Below are positions 10,401 to 19,754 of a DNA stretch of 20,000 nt, one piece after another. The position numbers and the translations under genes were made by a program. Numbering within the stretch: the first letter of the stretch is position 1; each line of letters starts with the position of its first letter. This DNA is from Halocafeteria seosinensis (lineage: Eukaryota), in the NCBI GenBank assembly GCA_001687465.1, contig LVLI01000415.1, positions 49,896 to 69,895 on the forward strand. Reading direction: 5' to 3'. The notes beneath the pieces are model-generated. The model did not search any database. It was not told where the DNA came from and saw nothing but the letters and a program-made list of their open reading frames with translations.

Positions 10401-11410
10401 GTGCTCCAACGTCGCTCAGTGCAAGTATTAGTTTTGATGTGTCTTCGGATGAAGAGACTGAGTCTAACTCTCCGTCTAGAGATCGTCAGACCCCCAGTGC
10501 TAATGTATATGAGGTGGATGCTAGCAGGTGCGACGGAACATCCGAAGAGGTAGCAGATTCTATGGAAACAACCCCGAATTTCTCAAGCATCGGTGAGGTG
10601 GAAGAAATTGGTGATCTGCAACGGAATTCAACAACTCGAGAAAGCTATAGGGATGGTGTACAACGAGGAGGAATGTCTGCTTCCCCAGATCAGTATCGCG
10701 ACTCCTCGCCAACAAGAGCAGTCATTAGCAACGGGGAATACGCCAATGCATCAGTTTCCCGCACGTCCGAGTCCGTCTTGACCGAAACAGACTTTCGTCT
10801 AGTAAAAGAGCAAAGCGGCTTGCGAACTCCTTCTACCGCAGTAGGAAGTGGAAGCTGTACTGCCCCCTCAGTTCATGGAAGTGACGACGGAGGATTACAG
10901 GGCCCTCAAAGAGCTCCATCGGGTACCGACGGGAACCCTTCGTATGCTAATCAAGGCAGTGGTCCCTATTCTGGCGTTTCTACCCCCAGTAGTATCGCGT
11001 TAGAGTTTGATCCCGTGTACCGATCACTTCTTGAAAGAGTGAGTCAAATTGTCCCTCTTCCCGAAGAAAATGCTTTCGACGTGGAGTTCGCATCCACAGA
11101 CTCTTCCGTTCCTTCCGCTCCACATCACGACGTGTCTCCCCTGTATTCCGGTGTGGGATATGACGGTTCTGCTCTTCCACCCCTAGATTCTGTTAACTAC
11201 GGCTACGGAGCGGGACCTTATTTTGCAGGGTATTCTACTTCTTATGCGGATAATATCCCGTGGGGTGCTGAGCAGTTTATGTGGCATACCCCATTATACA
11301 CTCAATCCCAACCTCCAGCATGGGATAATTCATTTAATCCGGTTAGCAATCCCTATAGTCCCTATAGCTACCACTATCCCGCTGCTGATTTCGATTATCC
11401 TGGCAGATAG
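7490..11410 (+). CDS. Large Ser/Thr/Pro-rich disordered protein (1306 aa) with PROSER3-like N-terminal motif
   Basis: Uninterrupted 3.9-kb ORF with an in-frame stop at 7466 upstream of the ATG. SVIAKYIQRFRSAPPSSPHER...DFWW (7535-7645) resembles the conserved motif of proline and serine-rich protein 3 as I recall it. Charged helical segment at ~9160-9270; Tyr/Pro/Gly-rich C-terminal tail. Confidence 0.85.
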   Translation: MKGSRHENKDGVSGSSVIAKYIQRFRSAPPSSPHERRRSPERKQQIEQDFWWSSSKSSPRSPYSKHSHGAISSPPSVSRSHKNPVVALPQSATPISHPWGLPGSTTTFSQATETTTRVETSTHPTAAADAPVNESHDDEIAKAPQADESRLEWSHDLSTEELLRAIDITDRKDEEYESELMFREEPSFRSLERRIDLSDDYIRHREELTNESRYSYLENTPPGDSRLWDSDMEWLKRARTFIDDSRAKSTPTSLASSNTFTGQGQGNSCRDGESFRIPSSRLPVLRARVEKFRIDSQDNLHTSNGNTFKSPDQSEGLNKGHFEPSSQSTETLVSGQSHPTSLYSHGAQQMENRNVRSDSCGGGTEEAMRSSTHVPSTNKSDAGRRAELAARYEAVFPRSLPETPPSTGNLGTEPNSRSPGTKASFGNPSLAFATQGHAFSRTTVKRTPQLRTHTAPMDQSSNVRQNSAPQVEVSAVSSRRLTVEKTVNCTVDGSDTLQTKRTDREMAHAVTPASSSSTETSELPTTLNAAEKAGKSVDLVDAEFEDSMYIDPSILANEDAERTIQRLRERLRNARDLHIRRRREKRRQIIDAERRPSSPKVSSPATTLLRTNCTHDAIPSQECKYRTPSRVEFCGSVLTESVAPYTSLHYRWPHSSGSETSIGESMKDSSTARAKQHSCLDVQRCEHIHITPSTISHNEVIVWKDSSCQQASTVTSQRYNLRRCPDSPEEMMSGYIQSDKTGKTGDETKLATINSSVPSPSVSSVVDAYVSEGQPVSYIPGTPIPSEHPSIQNKDSSFTNGLFTQSVPNCVESADEVNSVLTSQCGSMGTASELQQDDHSSGNSKSRQVPSGQPSSHSSRPVEQSHALIGSYTGVSKEEYNGYREFAFSHSASVSSPTRSNDGTISKAISSTSMVTHTGESDIGSPVPSPVHSSDQYQSGHAYTTTSSKLEVNESTWTWTATSEEPHLRMSAPTSLSASISFDVSSDEETESNSPSRDRQTPSANVYEVDASRCDGTSEEVADSMETTPNFSSIGEVEEIGDLQRNSTTRESYRDGVQRGGMSASPDQYRDSSPTRAVISNGEYANASVSRTSESVLTETDFRLVKEQSGLRTPSTAVGSGSCTAPSVHGSDDGGLQGPQRAPSGTDGNPSYANQGSGPYSGVSTPSSIALEFDPVYRSLLERVSQIVPLPEENAFDVEFASTDSSVPSAPHHDVSPLYSGVGYDGSALPPLDSVNYGYGAGPYFAGYSTSYADNIPWGAEQFMWHTPLYTQSQPPAWDNSFNPVSNPYSPYSYHYPAADFDYPGR

Positions 11411-11664
11411 CCCCAACAAAGCAACCTCTTTGCAACAGGGAATATGTAATCACTGTTCATCCGAGCCGATATTCAATGCACACACACCAATCAATAAGAT
11501 CGTACCCGTGTCCAACCTCCTGACATTAAGTCCTCACTTTAGCCAACGTAGCACCCTTGTTACCAGTGGTTGCTCTTCTTTCTGTGTCTTCCCCACCGTC
11601 CTTTGAAGCCACTATAGCTTCGGGTCACAATGTCGTGCCAACTTCTGCGGTGAAGCTCCACCTT

Positions 11665-11682
11665 CACACACACACACACACA
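11665..11682. repeat. (CA)9 microsatellite
   Basis: cacacacacacacacaca read directly, ~100 nt upstream of the ATG at 11782. Confidence 0.9.
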
Positions 11683-11781
11683 CGCACGTCCAAATGACGT
11701 GGCACTGCGGCAGGCCACACATATATATCACGTATTTCGTATTTGTTACAGATGAAGAGATAAAACCCAGAGAAGACCAGA

Positions 11782-12978
11782 ATGGGATCGGGAGCAAGCA
11801 AACAAGTGGCGCAAAGTGTCTCCCGAGTTCTTCGTCGAGGGGGAGGAGGAGCTGCTTCGTCTTCTCAGGAGACTCTGGCCAATAAATCAGCTTCTCCTCC
11901 CTCTTCCACGGGACAAACAGGTCCTGCCACAGCCACAGCTGGTTCCGCTGATAGCCAGGAGCAGGGGACACATGTGTCGCCGATTCATCAAAAGGATGAG
12001 ACCTTAGTGGAACGAGCGCATGAGCCTCGTGTGGAAGAGCATGAAGCCGATGTAGGACAAGAGCAATTCAGGCTCTTCCAGCAAATGCAGCGCGTAAGTA
12101 CTTCTCTCCTCTCGACGGAGAAATAAATGTCGTTGTAGTGTATATTGCTACTTGCAGAATCCGGCGCTCTTGGATAGCGATTGGGGCTTGATTCACTCCT
12201 CCCAGCAACGAGCCATTGAAGCCTCCCGATTGTCGCTGCCGGAGTCTTTTAGAGACCCTTCCCAACAGCATCGGGACCAGGAAGCGCTTTCCGAACAACA
12301 AGAGAATGCCCTCGAACAACAACCGTTTGGTCCGAGACCGCCAGAAGCCGGACCTGGGGATCAACTGATCTTGCGTAAAGCATCGTAAGCTGCACTTACT
12401 CTGGGACCTGCAGAGTGAGGTTTAGGTATCATTGTGCGATTATTATTGTCTACAGCAATGAAGAACTTCTCACTCTTCGAGAAATTGTGGAAATCTTTAC
12501 CAAACGCGAAGGAAATCCGGAATTCTACTCTTACAGCCGTCTGGCAGAGGAGTATGAAATCCGTAAGTATTTTTGCGCCTATACTTTACAGATTGAACAA
12601 GTATGCATTTACTCAATCGTTCAAACAGGAGAGGATGAATTGTTTGCTCTCTTGAAGTTTACCTGCCCACCAACATACGTGCGCTACAAGGATGAATACT
12701 ACGGAGTGTACGAAATCCGGGATTTCGATGCGAGTGAGAATCTTATCTCAAAAAAATATCCTACGAAGACGTTTGATCCTACCGTGCAATCAACTCTAAG
12801 ACGGGAAAAATATGAACGGACGTCTCATCACGATGGCACAGCAGAAGTCAGTGAAGAAATCCCTCGGGATGATCCCAACAAGCCGAGGCATCGAGGTCCA
12901 GAGTCCTTCCTCAAGAAGGACTCGTTGAACGAAAACGCGAATGCATTGAGACAAAGTGATACTGACAACAACCGCTAA
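11782..12978 (+). CDS. NDUFAF4: NDUFAF4-like mitochondrial complex I assembly factor, ~331 aa; exons 11782-12093, 12158-12384, 12456-12562, 12629-12978
   Basis: Three phase-consistent introns: 12094-12157 GTAAGT..TGCAG, 12385-12455 GTAAGC..TACAG, 12563-12628 GTAAGT..AACAG. N-terminus MGSGAS fits the N-myristoylation consensus. Spliced LLTLREIVEIFTKREGNPEFYSYSRLAEEYEIREDELFALLKF resembles the NDUFAF4 C-terminal helical motif. Gene structure is solid; the family call is motif recognition only. Confidence 0.65.
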
Positions 12979-12996
12979 ATAGTTGTGTGATATTGG

Positions 12997-14410
12997 TTAC
13001 CTTGGGGTAGGATGGCCGTTGGTCGCCTGATGCTTGTTCTGCATACCATTCCTATCAGGGACTGAGCTATCTATAGCTGCAGATTCCAAATTATCCGTAG
13101 AAACCGGACGACAGCGGCGTGCAAATTCTCCGGAACTAAGCGTTGTGGTAAACTGGTCAAGAATTGAATCTAGATCGGCCCTCACTCCCTCCATTGACGC
13201 CTGTCCTTGGCGCGCTTGCTCTATTTGCTCTTCAGAAGGAGGTGGCAAAATACTAACAAGGCTTAGTCGCTGACCAAGAGACGTAACAATGGTCGAATGA
13301 GAGCGACCAATTTGCATTGTACTGGCGACGCTGGTGTCGTTGAGGGGAGCGCCGTTGCTTATGGGTAGGGATCTGGACCTGTACTCTTCACCCTGCAGCT
13401 CATGTTGTGCGTTCGGTATAGCGCTCGTTGGATACGTTGCCGCTTGTGCTTGATGGGTCTGCGATACCTCCGGGGACTGGACTGTCTCAGTCCGACTATG
13501 TGAGGAGGGGTCTGCATTTGCCGTAGTTTTCTTCGAAACATCGGCGGATGAGGCACTCCGGTATACCGTACTCGTCGTGGACGACCGTTCCGCACTTCCA
13601 GAGGCTGTTGAATCATTACTAGAGGAGCCACTGCTCCGATTAGATAATATAAGAGGGTCAAATTCTAGTCCAGGGAGCTGGACCGTAAACCGGTGTTCCG
13701 CCCGAGACCTTGACCTTGCTGCCCGGCGCTTTATCCGCCGACTCGAAGCGAATTCTGAGACGGCATGAGATGATTCTGATGCCGTTGAACTGATTGTGAT
13801 AAATGAACGATATGACCCTTGATTATTCGATCTTTGGCTTCGGGAACGTCGGTGTTGTCGTCCATTTTCAGTCGTTGTTGAAGTTTCCACGTCATCCTCT
13901 TGCTCATCCTCCACAAATGGTCCCTGTATTTCATAGTACCTAGCAAAGTAGTCCAGGTCATCGTACTTCCCATTATCTTGGCTTTCCGACGTTGTTTCCG
14001 TCGCGTTCAACAAAGGAGGCGAGACTAACTTCTTGGCGAAATTTGAAACTGGCTGTTGAAACGAGTTGGCCCAAGCCGCAAACGCCTGTTGAATGGTCGG
14101 AGTACGCTTTAGTCCCCACAAACGGTAGGCAGACGACGGTGGCGTGGTTAGCACTTACCTGTAAGTGACTATCCCTCAGTGCGTACGCTTGTGTCGTCAA
14201 ATGTCCCAACATATTGCGGACTAAGTACATTGTACGACTGGAGGGTGCTTCCTCTCCTGCTTCCTCCGCCTGTTTGCCTTCTTTCACACCATTGACCGTC
14301 TTCGCTCTTCCGGTACTTTTTTGGTCAGCTCCATGACCGCCCCTTGTGGCACTCGTACTACTATGATGAGCGCTAGTGACGGCCTCCGCCATGTTTCCAG
14401 CCTTCTCCAT
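12997..14410 (-). CDS. Ser-rich hypothetical protein, ~446 aa; exons 14410-14159, 14085-12997 (further 5' exons possible)
   Basis: Minus-strand intron CAG|GTAAGT...TCAACAG|GCG (14158-14086, 73 nt, phase 0) joins the 145-aa and 385-aa ORFs (..DSHLQ/AFAAWANSF..). The start is uncertain because the in-frame TAG at 14422-14420 could also be a splice acceptor. Confidence 0.75.
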
Positions 14411-14949
14411 GTCTTGTTCCTAGACGTATCAACTTCCAGAGCACTTCCACCACACACACCCCTCAACTCAACAGATTGTGTTGTCCTGCACATTTACATA
14501 CACACGTGAGAGCCCCATTCTATCATTGAACGGAAACAATTAAAAAAAAACACGATGACAATATTGACGGGACGAGTGGAGTAATGCGCCACATATGTCA
14601 TCTGGACGGTCGAGACTGGACTGGACCCATCGGGGGTAGTTTGAAAGCACAGCGCCTTCGGCCGTTCGGTTGGGTTGTGCCGCCGCCAAGGAACAGACAC
14701 CGACTGTTCCACACTCTGTGGTCGCCCACGCCACTCACTCGGCATCAGAAACCACAGTCCCCTTTTGGGGATGGATGAGTGAATGGAGAGATGCGCAGAT
14801 ATACAGCAGCGAACAGCAGTGTATGCAGAAAAGCTGACTCACTTTTTTCTGTTGCGCCAAGATCTCGTGGGGTTGATCAATGTCCTTCTACAAGGCGCAC
14901 AACCACTGCACTACCACACGATGAAGACACAACTCACTATCACTCATCA

Positions 14950-15450
14950 CTCTGGTGCAGTGAATCAAATACTACTGATGTCTATCAAATGGAGGGTACT
15001 GTTCAGCTGATAACTCCGATCCGCATGGACATCCCAAGAGACTCAGACTCGTTTGAGTCAGAACCACGCACAACAACAGTCAATACTGAGAATTGGCAAG
15101 TGGAGAAGAAGCTATGGAAAGGCTAAGAGAGTCGTACATTCAATGCTGTTGTTGCATAAAGTTTTGTCATCATTATGAACTACCCAGTACAGTAGTTGAC
15201 GCTTCTACTGGTACACTCTCAATGATTCTTTCCCTCCATAAGAAATGGAGATCAAGGCCGCCCCGTTCAATTGTGGTATGTGCAGCCTGCCATGCAAAAA
15301 TTGTAGCACAATACGGTGCGTGAAGCAGGAGTGCGCTACGCACGCTGACTACACTCCAAAGGCATGAGTTGCCCATTGATTGAACGGAACAAACCTCTGT
15401 TCATACTCATATCTCTGCAATGAACTCGAGAGCAACATCCGGAGGTTCTA
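14950..15450 (+). pseudogene. Possible decayed TFIIB/BRF-like (cyclin-fold) gene relic
   Basis: Fragments in several frames, separated by stops, follow TFIIB order: WCSESNTTDVYQMEG (degenerate Zn-ribbon-like), IKFCHHYELPSTVVDAS...KKWRSRPPRSIVVCAACHA (cyclin-repeat-like), SYLCNEL (like the start of repeat 2). Similarity judged by eye only. Confidence 0.2.
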
Positions 15451-15909
15451 GGAAGATTATCCGTATGCGAATACGCTCGCCCTATATCAACGGATTGCGA
15501 TAAGGTCCCTCCCTTTCAGCTACTGTTAGATTTTCGAAAACCTGCGTCTTATCCGACAGCGACTATCATTTGGGAGCGAATGCCTATGGCTTACCTCCAT
15601 CTAATAGGCATCAAGGAAAACGCTGAGCCTTGGAACTGGATAAGGGCTCGACAACCCCGAGGTTTCCTTTGGAGCGTATCCAATGTGAGTAGAGATTACA
15701 TGTATGCACGTCAGTATGCGGTGAAATCAGTGAAGTTCTCAACTGAGCTATGTGCAGTCCATATTGTAGGTACATAGTCAAACTTGGCCCCCATCTGTGC
15801 TAACTGATTTGTGGCGAAATCGCAAATTCTAGACGCAGCATCATGCTAATCGCACGACGCCCAATTACACGCTCGAAACGACTGTGAAAGGAACTGACTC
15901 CTCCATATG

Positions 15910-17705
15910 CTACGTCGCAATTCCCTGCAGGATTCGTGGGATTTCTGACAACCGCTGTCCTGTAAATGAATCCTTGTGGCCGTATTTACACCAGCCGCTG
16001 ACAAAATATCCATCATAGGAATACACATCATCCACTAACGCGATACTAAACATGCTAAAGCATATCGTCAATCCCAGCGACAATATTATTACGGGAGTAT
16101 AGAGTTTAAAGTAATTGAGACCCTCCAGATGAGTGGTATTCCCATGAACGATTAACATTACCACTTGAGAAAACGGGAGTCCGGCACCCAAAGTTGTCAC
16201 CAGGGTTCCTACCGATGAATTTGCCAGAGCCTCCTGGAGCACAATACACAACATACCTAATAATTCTGGTTGCCTTGCAGCGACAGAAAGCAAGACTTAC
16301 CCATATGGAGGATGTACCACTGTGGGCTTCACGCATAAATTTAATCCAACACAGGGCGGTCAGTGTCAGCCAAATAATCCCAAGCGAAACACTCAAGGGC
16401 ATAAAAATTTCCCACATGCGCAAATTACAGAAACCATCCCGGGTCATGGCATACAATGTGATAGAGAACACAGTAAGCCTCCAAAAACCCACTAATGTAA
16501 AAAACTGCAACAATCTGAAGAGGTAACATGACAGCCCACCATCCAAAGAGTCCATCGTTTTCGAGTTTTAAAAGTAGGAACAGGAGTGATAAAAAGCCGA
16601 AGAGCGCAACAGCCACGGGAACACACACAAGTTGATGGATATCTGCCAGGATCCTAAGAAGCGTCCACTTCTTCAAAGTCCGCCTTTCAATGCGCAAACT
16701 ATCCTTGATACCTTGTATCGCAGTCTGCCTTTTGTGGAACACTTGATACTGAGTCTTGTACATTTCTCGGAAAATAGCCCCGCTGCGAAACAGCTCATAC
16801 GAATGTGTCTGTTCCACCAGGTAAAGGAAGGTGTTACAGAGCCTAACTGGAACGGAATACAAGGAGTTCGACGTACCCCGAAACGACGAACGTAGATAGG
16901 GCCGTGGAGTTGCCGGAGGTTCCAATACGTTCGTGCATCGGAAGTTACTTCCCCTTCAAGTGCCGTCTGTTCATCCAGCACAACCGATACAACACTGAAG
17001 GAATATGAAACTAGCGCAGGACTGGAAAGGACGAGGATAGGAGATACGTACCACTGGAGTACGGCGAAGGGATCCTGTGCCGGTAAACATGGAAACTACA
17101 GCTCCATTTTGAATGTCTGTGCTGAAGTCACGAAACAGCAGCTGCTTCCATAACCTCCAGTTGTTGGCCAATTCCCGGAGGGACCGCGACACGCATGCTA
17201 GTTGCAATAGATCTTGAGGCCCTAAGAAATGCGCAATGTGGTTCCACAGTTCTGCAATGGTTCACACGGACAATTTCCCTACAAGTACCCGCACGACTCT
17301 GCAGAGCGGGGAGGACGTACCTGGTGGGAAGACGGGCACACGCGGTGCGTTCACATGAGAATCATCATGCTCCTCTTGCGTCTCTAGTGGAGGGTGATAC
17401 CTCCCCGATCCTGACGTAAGACATCTCTGTTCACGAAGTTTCCTGTCCCGTCGTAACAGTACCTCCATTGACATGGAACCGCCGGATACCCAGGAGGCTG
17501 ATCTCTCATTACCGTTGCCCAAGAGGGGGGTTCTCAAAGATGCCTCTTCATGACGGCGTCTGTGCGTAGGCGATTCCTCATGGCCTCCAGACGGTCTAGT
17601 GCTCAAGGGTAATAGCTCTTCCTCCTCCTCCCCAATGACGTGATATTGATGACCACCACGCTGCCACCGTCGCGGCAAACTATCTCTACCTACTGTGGCG
17701 CACAT
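15910..17705 (-). CDS. F-box protein with C-terminal TMEM185-like (Tmemb_185A) multi-pass membrane region, ~501 aa if repaired; exons 17705-17321, 17251-17052, 16966-16877, 16808-16301, 16233-15910; one +1 frameshift near 16483-16504
   Basis: Spliced FPPE/LWNHIAHFLGPQDLLQLACVSRSLRELANNWRLWKQLLFRDF is a clear F-box. Membrane repeats: LLLKLENDGLFGWWAVMLPL, YAMTRDGFCNLRMWEIFMPL, LNYFKLYTPVII. Four phase-consistent GT-AG introns (69, 85, 68, 67 nt). Summed exon length is 1507 = 3n+1. Confidence 0.8.
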
Positions 17706-17919
17706 TATTTTTGTGTCTCCATCTACATGGGGTGCGATATCGACAAATCAATGCCTCATTTGAACTGTGAGAGGACTTGTGTGAAATACTGTAACACTGG
17801 CGACCAAGGTCACCGATGGCTTCAACGAGCAAATGAGTAAGACAAGGAGCGATGAACAGTATATTCGTGATAGGTACCAGTACGACCAACTCGGTGCGAT
17901 TGGAACCACAATGGGTTGT

Positions 17920-19754
17920 TCATTCATCAGCACGACTACGCTTCTTCGAATTACTCTCTTCGGGAGTGTCTTCCGATTGCTTACGCTTCTTCTTCTCTTT
18001 TTTCTCCTTTTTCGCTTTCTTCTCTTTCTTGGACTTTTTGTCCTTCTTCTTTTCTGATTTGGACGCCTCAGTAGTTGCTGGCGTTTCTACTTCATCAGAG
18101 CTGTCCTGTGTCGTCGCCGATCCAGGGGTAGTGAACGTGGTATCTGTGGTCGGCTTGGCCGGTGTCGCAGCACTGGAGGAAGCTGCTGAGTTTCCATTTA
18201 GTACGTTTCCGGAAGCCATGTCTACAAATTGATTCTTCCAGTCAGAGGGAGTCTTTTCGTTGGCTTTTCCATGTTTATCCAGAAGACCAGCAGCGATCAT
18301 CTGTTTTTTCTTCTGGGCCATGGGACCGAGTCCCCAGCGTCTAGGGTAGGTGTCACGCTCCATGATAACACGTTTAATCTTTGCAACCACTCCATGGTCA
18401 ACAGTTGCCATCACTGAGGTGGTCATCTGCGCAATGCCAATAGCGACTGCTTCACCCTTGCTCGTCATCAACACAACCTCTTCGTTTACACCAATATCGT
18501 CGGCGAACCGTAACAACCCGGGTACCATCAGTTTGGCGCCGTAGCATACAGCGTTGACGGCAGAGTCTTTCATCACGACACGTTTATAATTGGTAAGAAG
18601 GATTTCGAGAGGCTTGACAGCCCTCCGTAAGTAGGTCTCATCTTTTTGGTTATCATATAGCCATTGCGCATCCAGGACATCGTGCATCGTAACCAAGTGC
18701 TGGTTTTCATCCATCGTACCAGACCGAACTCTCCTGAGCTCTTGCATATGCGCACCAACACCAAGCAAAATACCCAAATGAACACATAGTGTTCGAATGT
18801 AAGTCCCAGCCTCACAACTCAGCCAATATACTCCAAGATGCCGGTTATCGTCATACTCTAGCAGTTTGCTATCGTACACACTCCGAATACGTAGCTGTCT
18901 CTTCACGGCTGATATCAAAGGGGGTCGTTGGAACAGGGCACCAGTTAACCTTTCAATAGCTGATGCCAACTTGGCTTCACTTTCGATTGCATCGTGTAGC
19001 CTCACTACAGCAACGTACTCCTTACCAGCCCCTTGCTGCGACTTGACCAACCTTGTTGCTCGGTCTACGCAGACAATCAAGCATCCAGTAACTTTCGGGT
19101 CTAGTGTACCACTGTGTCCCGTCTTTTCCACGCGCAGGATACGCTTTATCCAAGCAACAACTTCATGTGAAGAAGGATTAGCTGGCTTATCCAAATTGAT
19201 GCATCCGTAGGAAATGTAGTCTGACAAGGGTCGCTTAAGCGGTGTGTGTCCCTCCGGAATGGGTGTGTAATGCGACGTTCGCACATTGAGCTTATCGTAG
19301 TTCTTAAGAAGTAAAGGCCATTTGCTGGTATCGAGCTTAGCACCTGTGTTGTCAGGCTTGATTTGGAAATCTCCTTTATGCTGGAGGTCCCCTACCGAGG
19401 CGCCATCCGTGGCGGCAGCGCCGCCTTCTTCACCCTGACTTTTTCGCCGTTTTTTATCTGCGGCAGGCACAAAATGATAAGACACGATCAAATAAATGAA
19501 AGAAAGTGCACCATTCCGGACATGATGGAGCCAAGCAAAGCCCATAACGCAAGGCAATGGAGGTGACTCCGTGTTGAACATGGTATCCTCCTTGTCCACG
19601 CAAAGGTTCTACACAGGTTTCCAAGCGGAGAACCTGCCGGATCACAACTTGACAGTATACCTCTACACCTTGCCAAACGTCATACATTCCCCCAAGGGTA
19701 CTGAGAGGGGAGAGTAGCCTAACATGGAAGGAAATGGGACTTACCTGATCCCAT
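17920..19754 (-). CDS. DKC1: Dyskerin / Cbf5, H/ACA snoRNP pseudouridine synthase, ~515 aa; exons 19754-19745, 19457-17920
   Basis: [19 protein letters not shown] (N-terminal domain), [30 protein letters not shown] (catalytic Asp), [18 protein letters not shown] domain, [17 protein letters not shown] and a Lys-rich tail. The 10-nt first coding exon ATGGGATCAG|GTAAGT (phase 1) matches acceptor CCGCAG|AT, giving MGSDKKRRK. Confidence 0.97.
19550..19684 (-). ncRNA. Candidate structured intronic RNA (possible snoRNA) in Cbf5 intron 1 (19458-19744)
   Basis: The intron is 287 nt versus 64-85 nt for the ten others. It has three consecutive imperfect hairpins at 19684-19643, 19641-19595 and 19591-19559. 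ACA lies at the 3' base of the second hairpin, but canonical H or C/D boxes are not convincingly placed. Confidence 0.4.

Noticed and set aside
11695..11703. TGACGTGGC bZIP/G-box-like site upstream of the NDUFAF4-like gene
   Set aside because: A single short match, expected by chance in 20 kb, with no supporting evidence.
16498..16504. UUUUUUA heptamer as an HIV-type -1 frameshift site
   Set aside because: It is in the wrong phase relative to the upstream frame, and the gene needs a +1 shift, not -1.
17833..18232. Phe/Leu-rich + strand ORFs resembling membrane proteins
   Set aside because: Antisense of the dyskerin Lys/Glu-rich tail.
19550..19592. U1-snRNA-like words on the minus strand (GGAGGAUACCAUGUUCA, CCAUUGC)
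   Set aside because: No 5' ACUUACCUG, incomplete SL1 and SL2 loop consensus, and wrong spacing.
19458..19599. N-terminal 47 aa of the 559-aa ORF-track dyskerin
   Set aside because: Intronic read-through from a non-ATG start. A phase-matched ATG exon with a consensus donor exists at 19754-19745.
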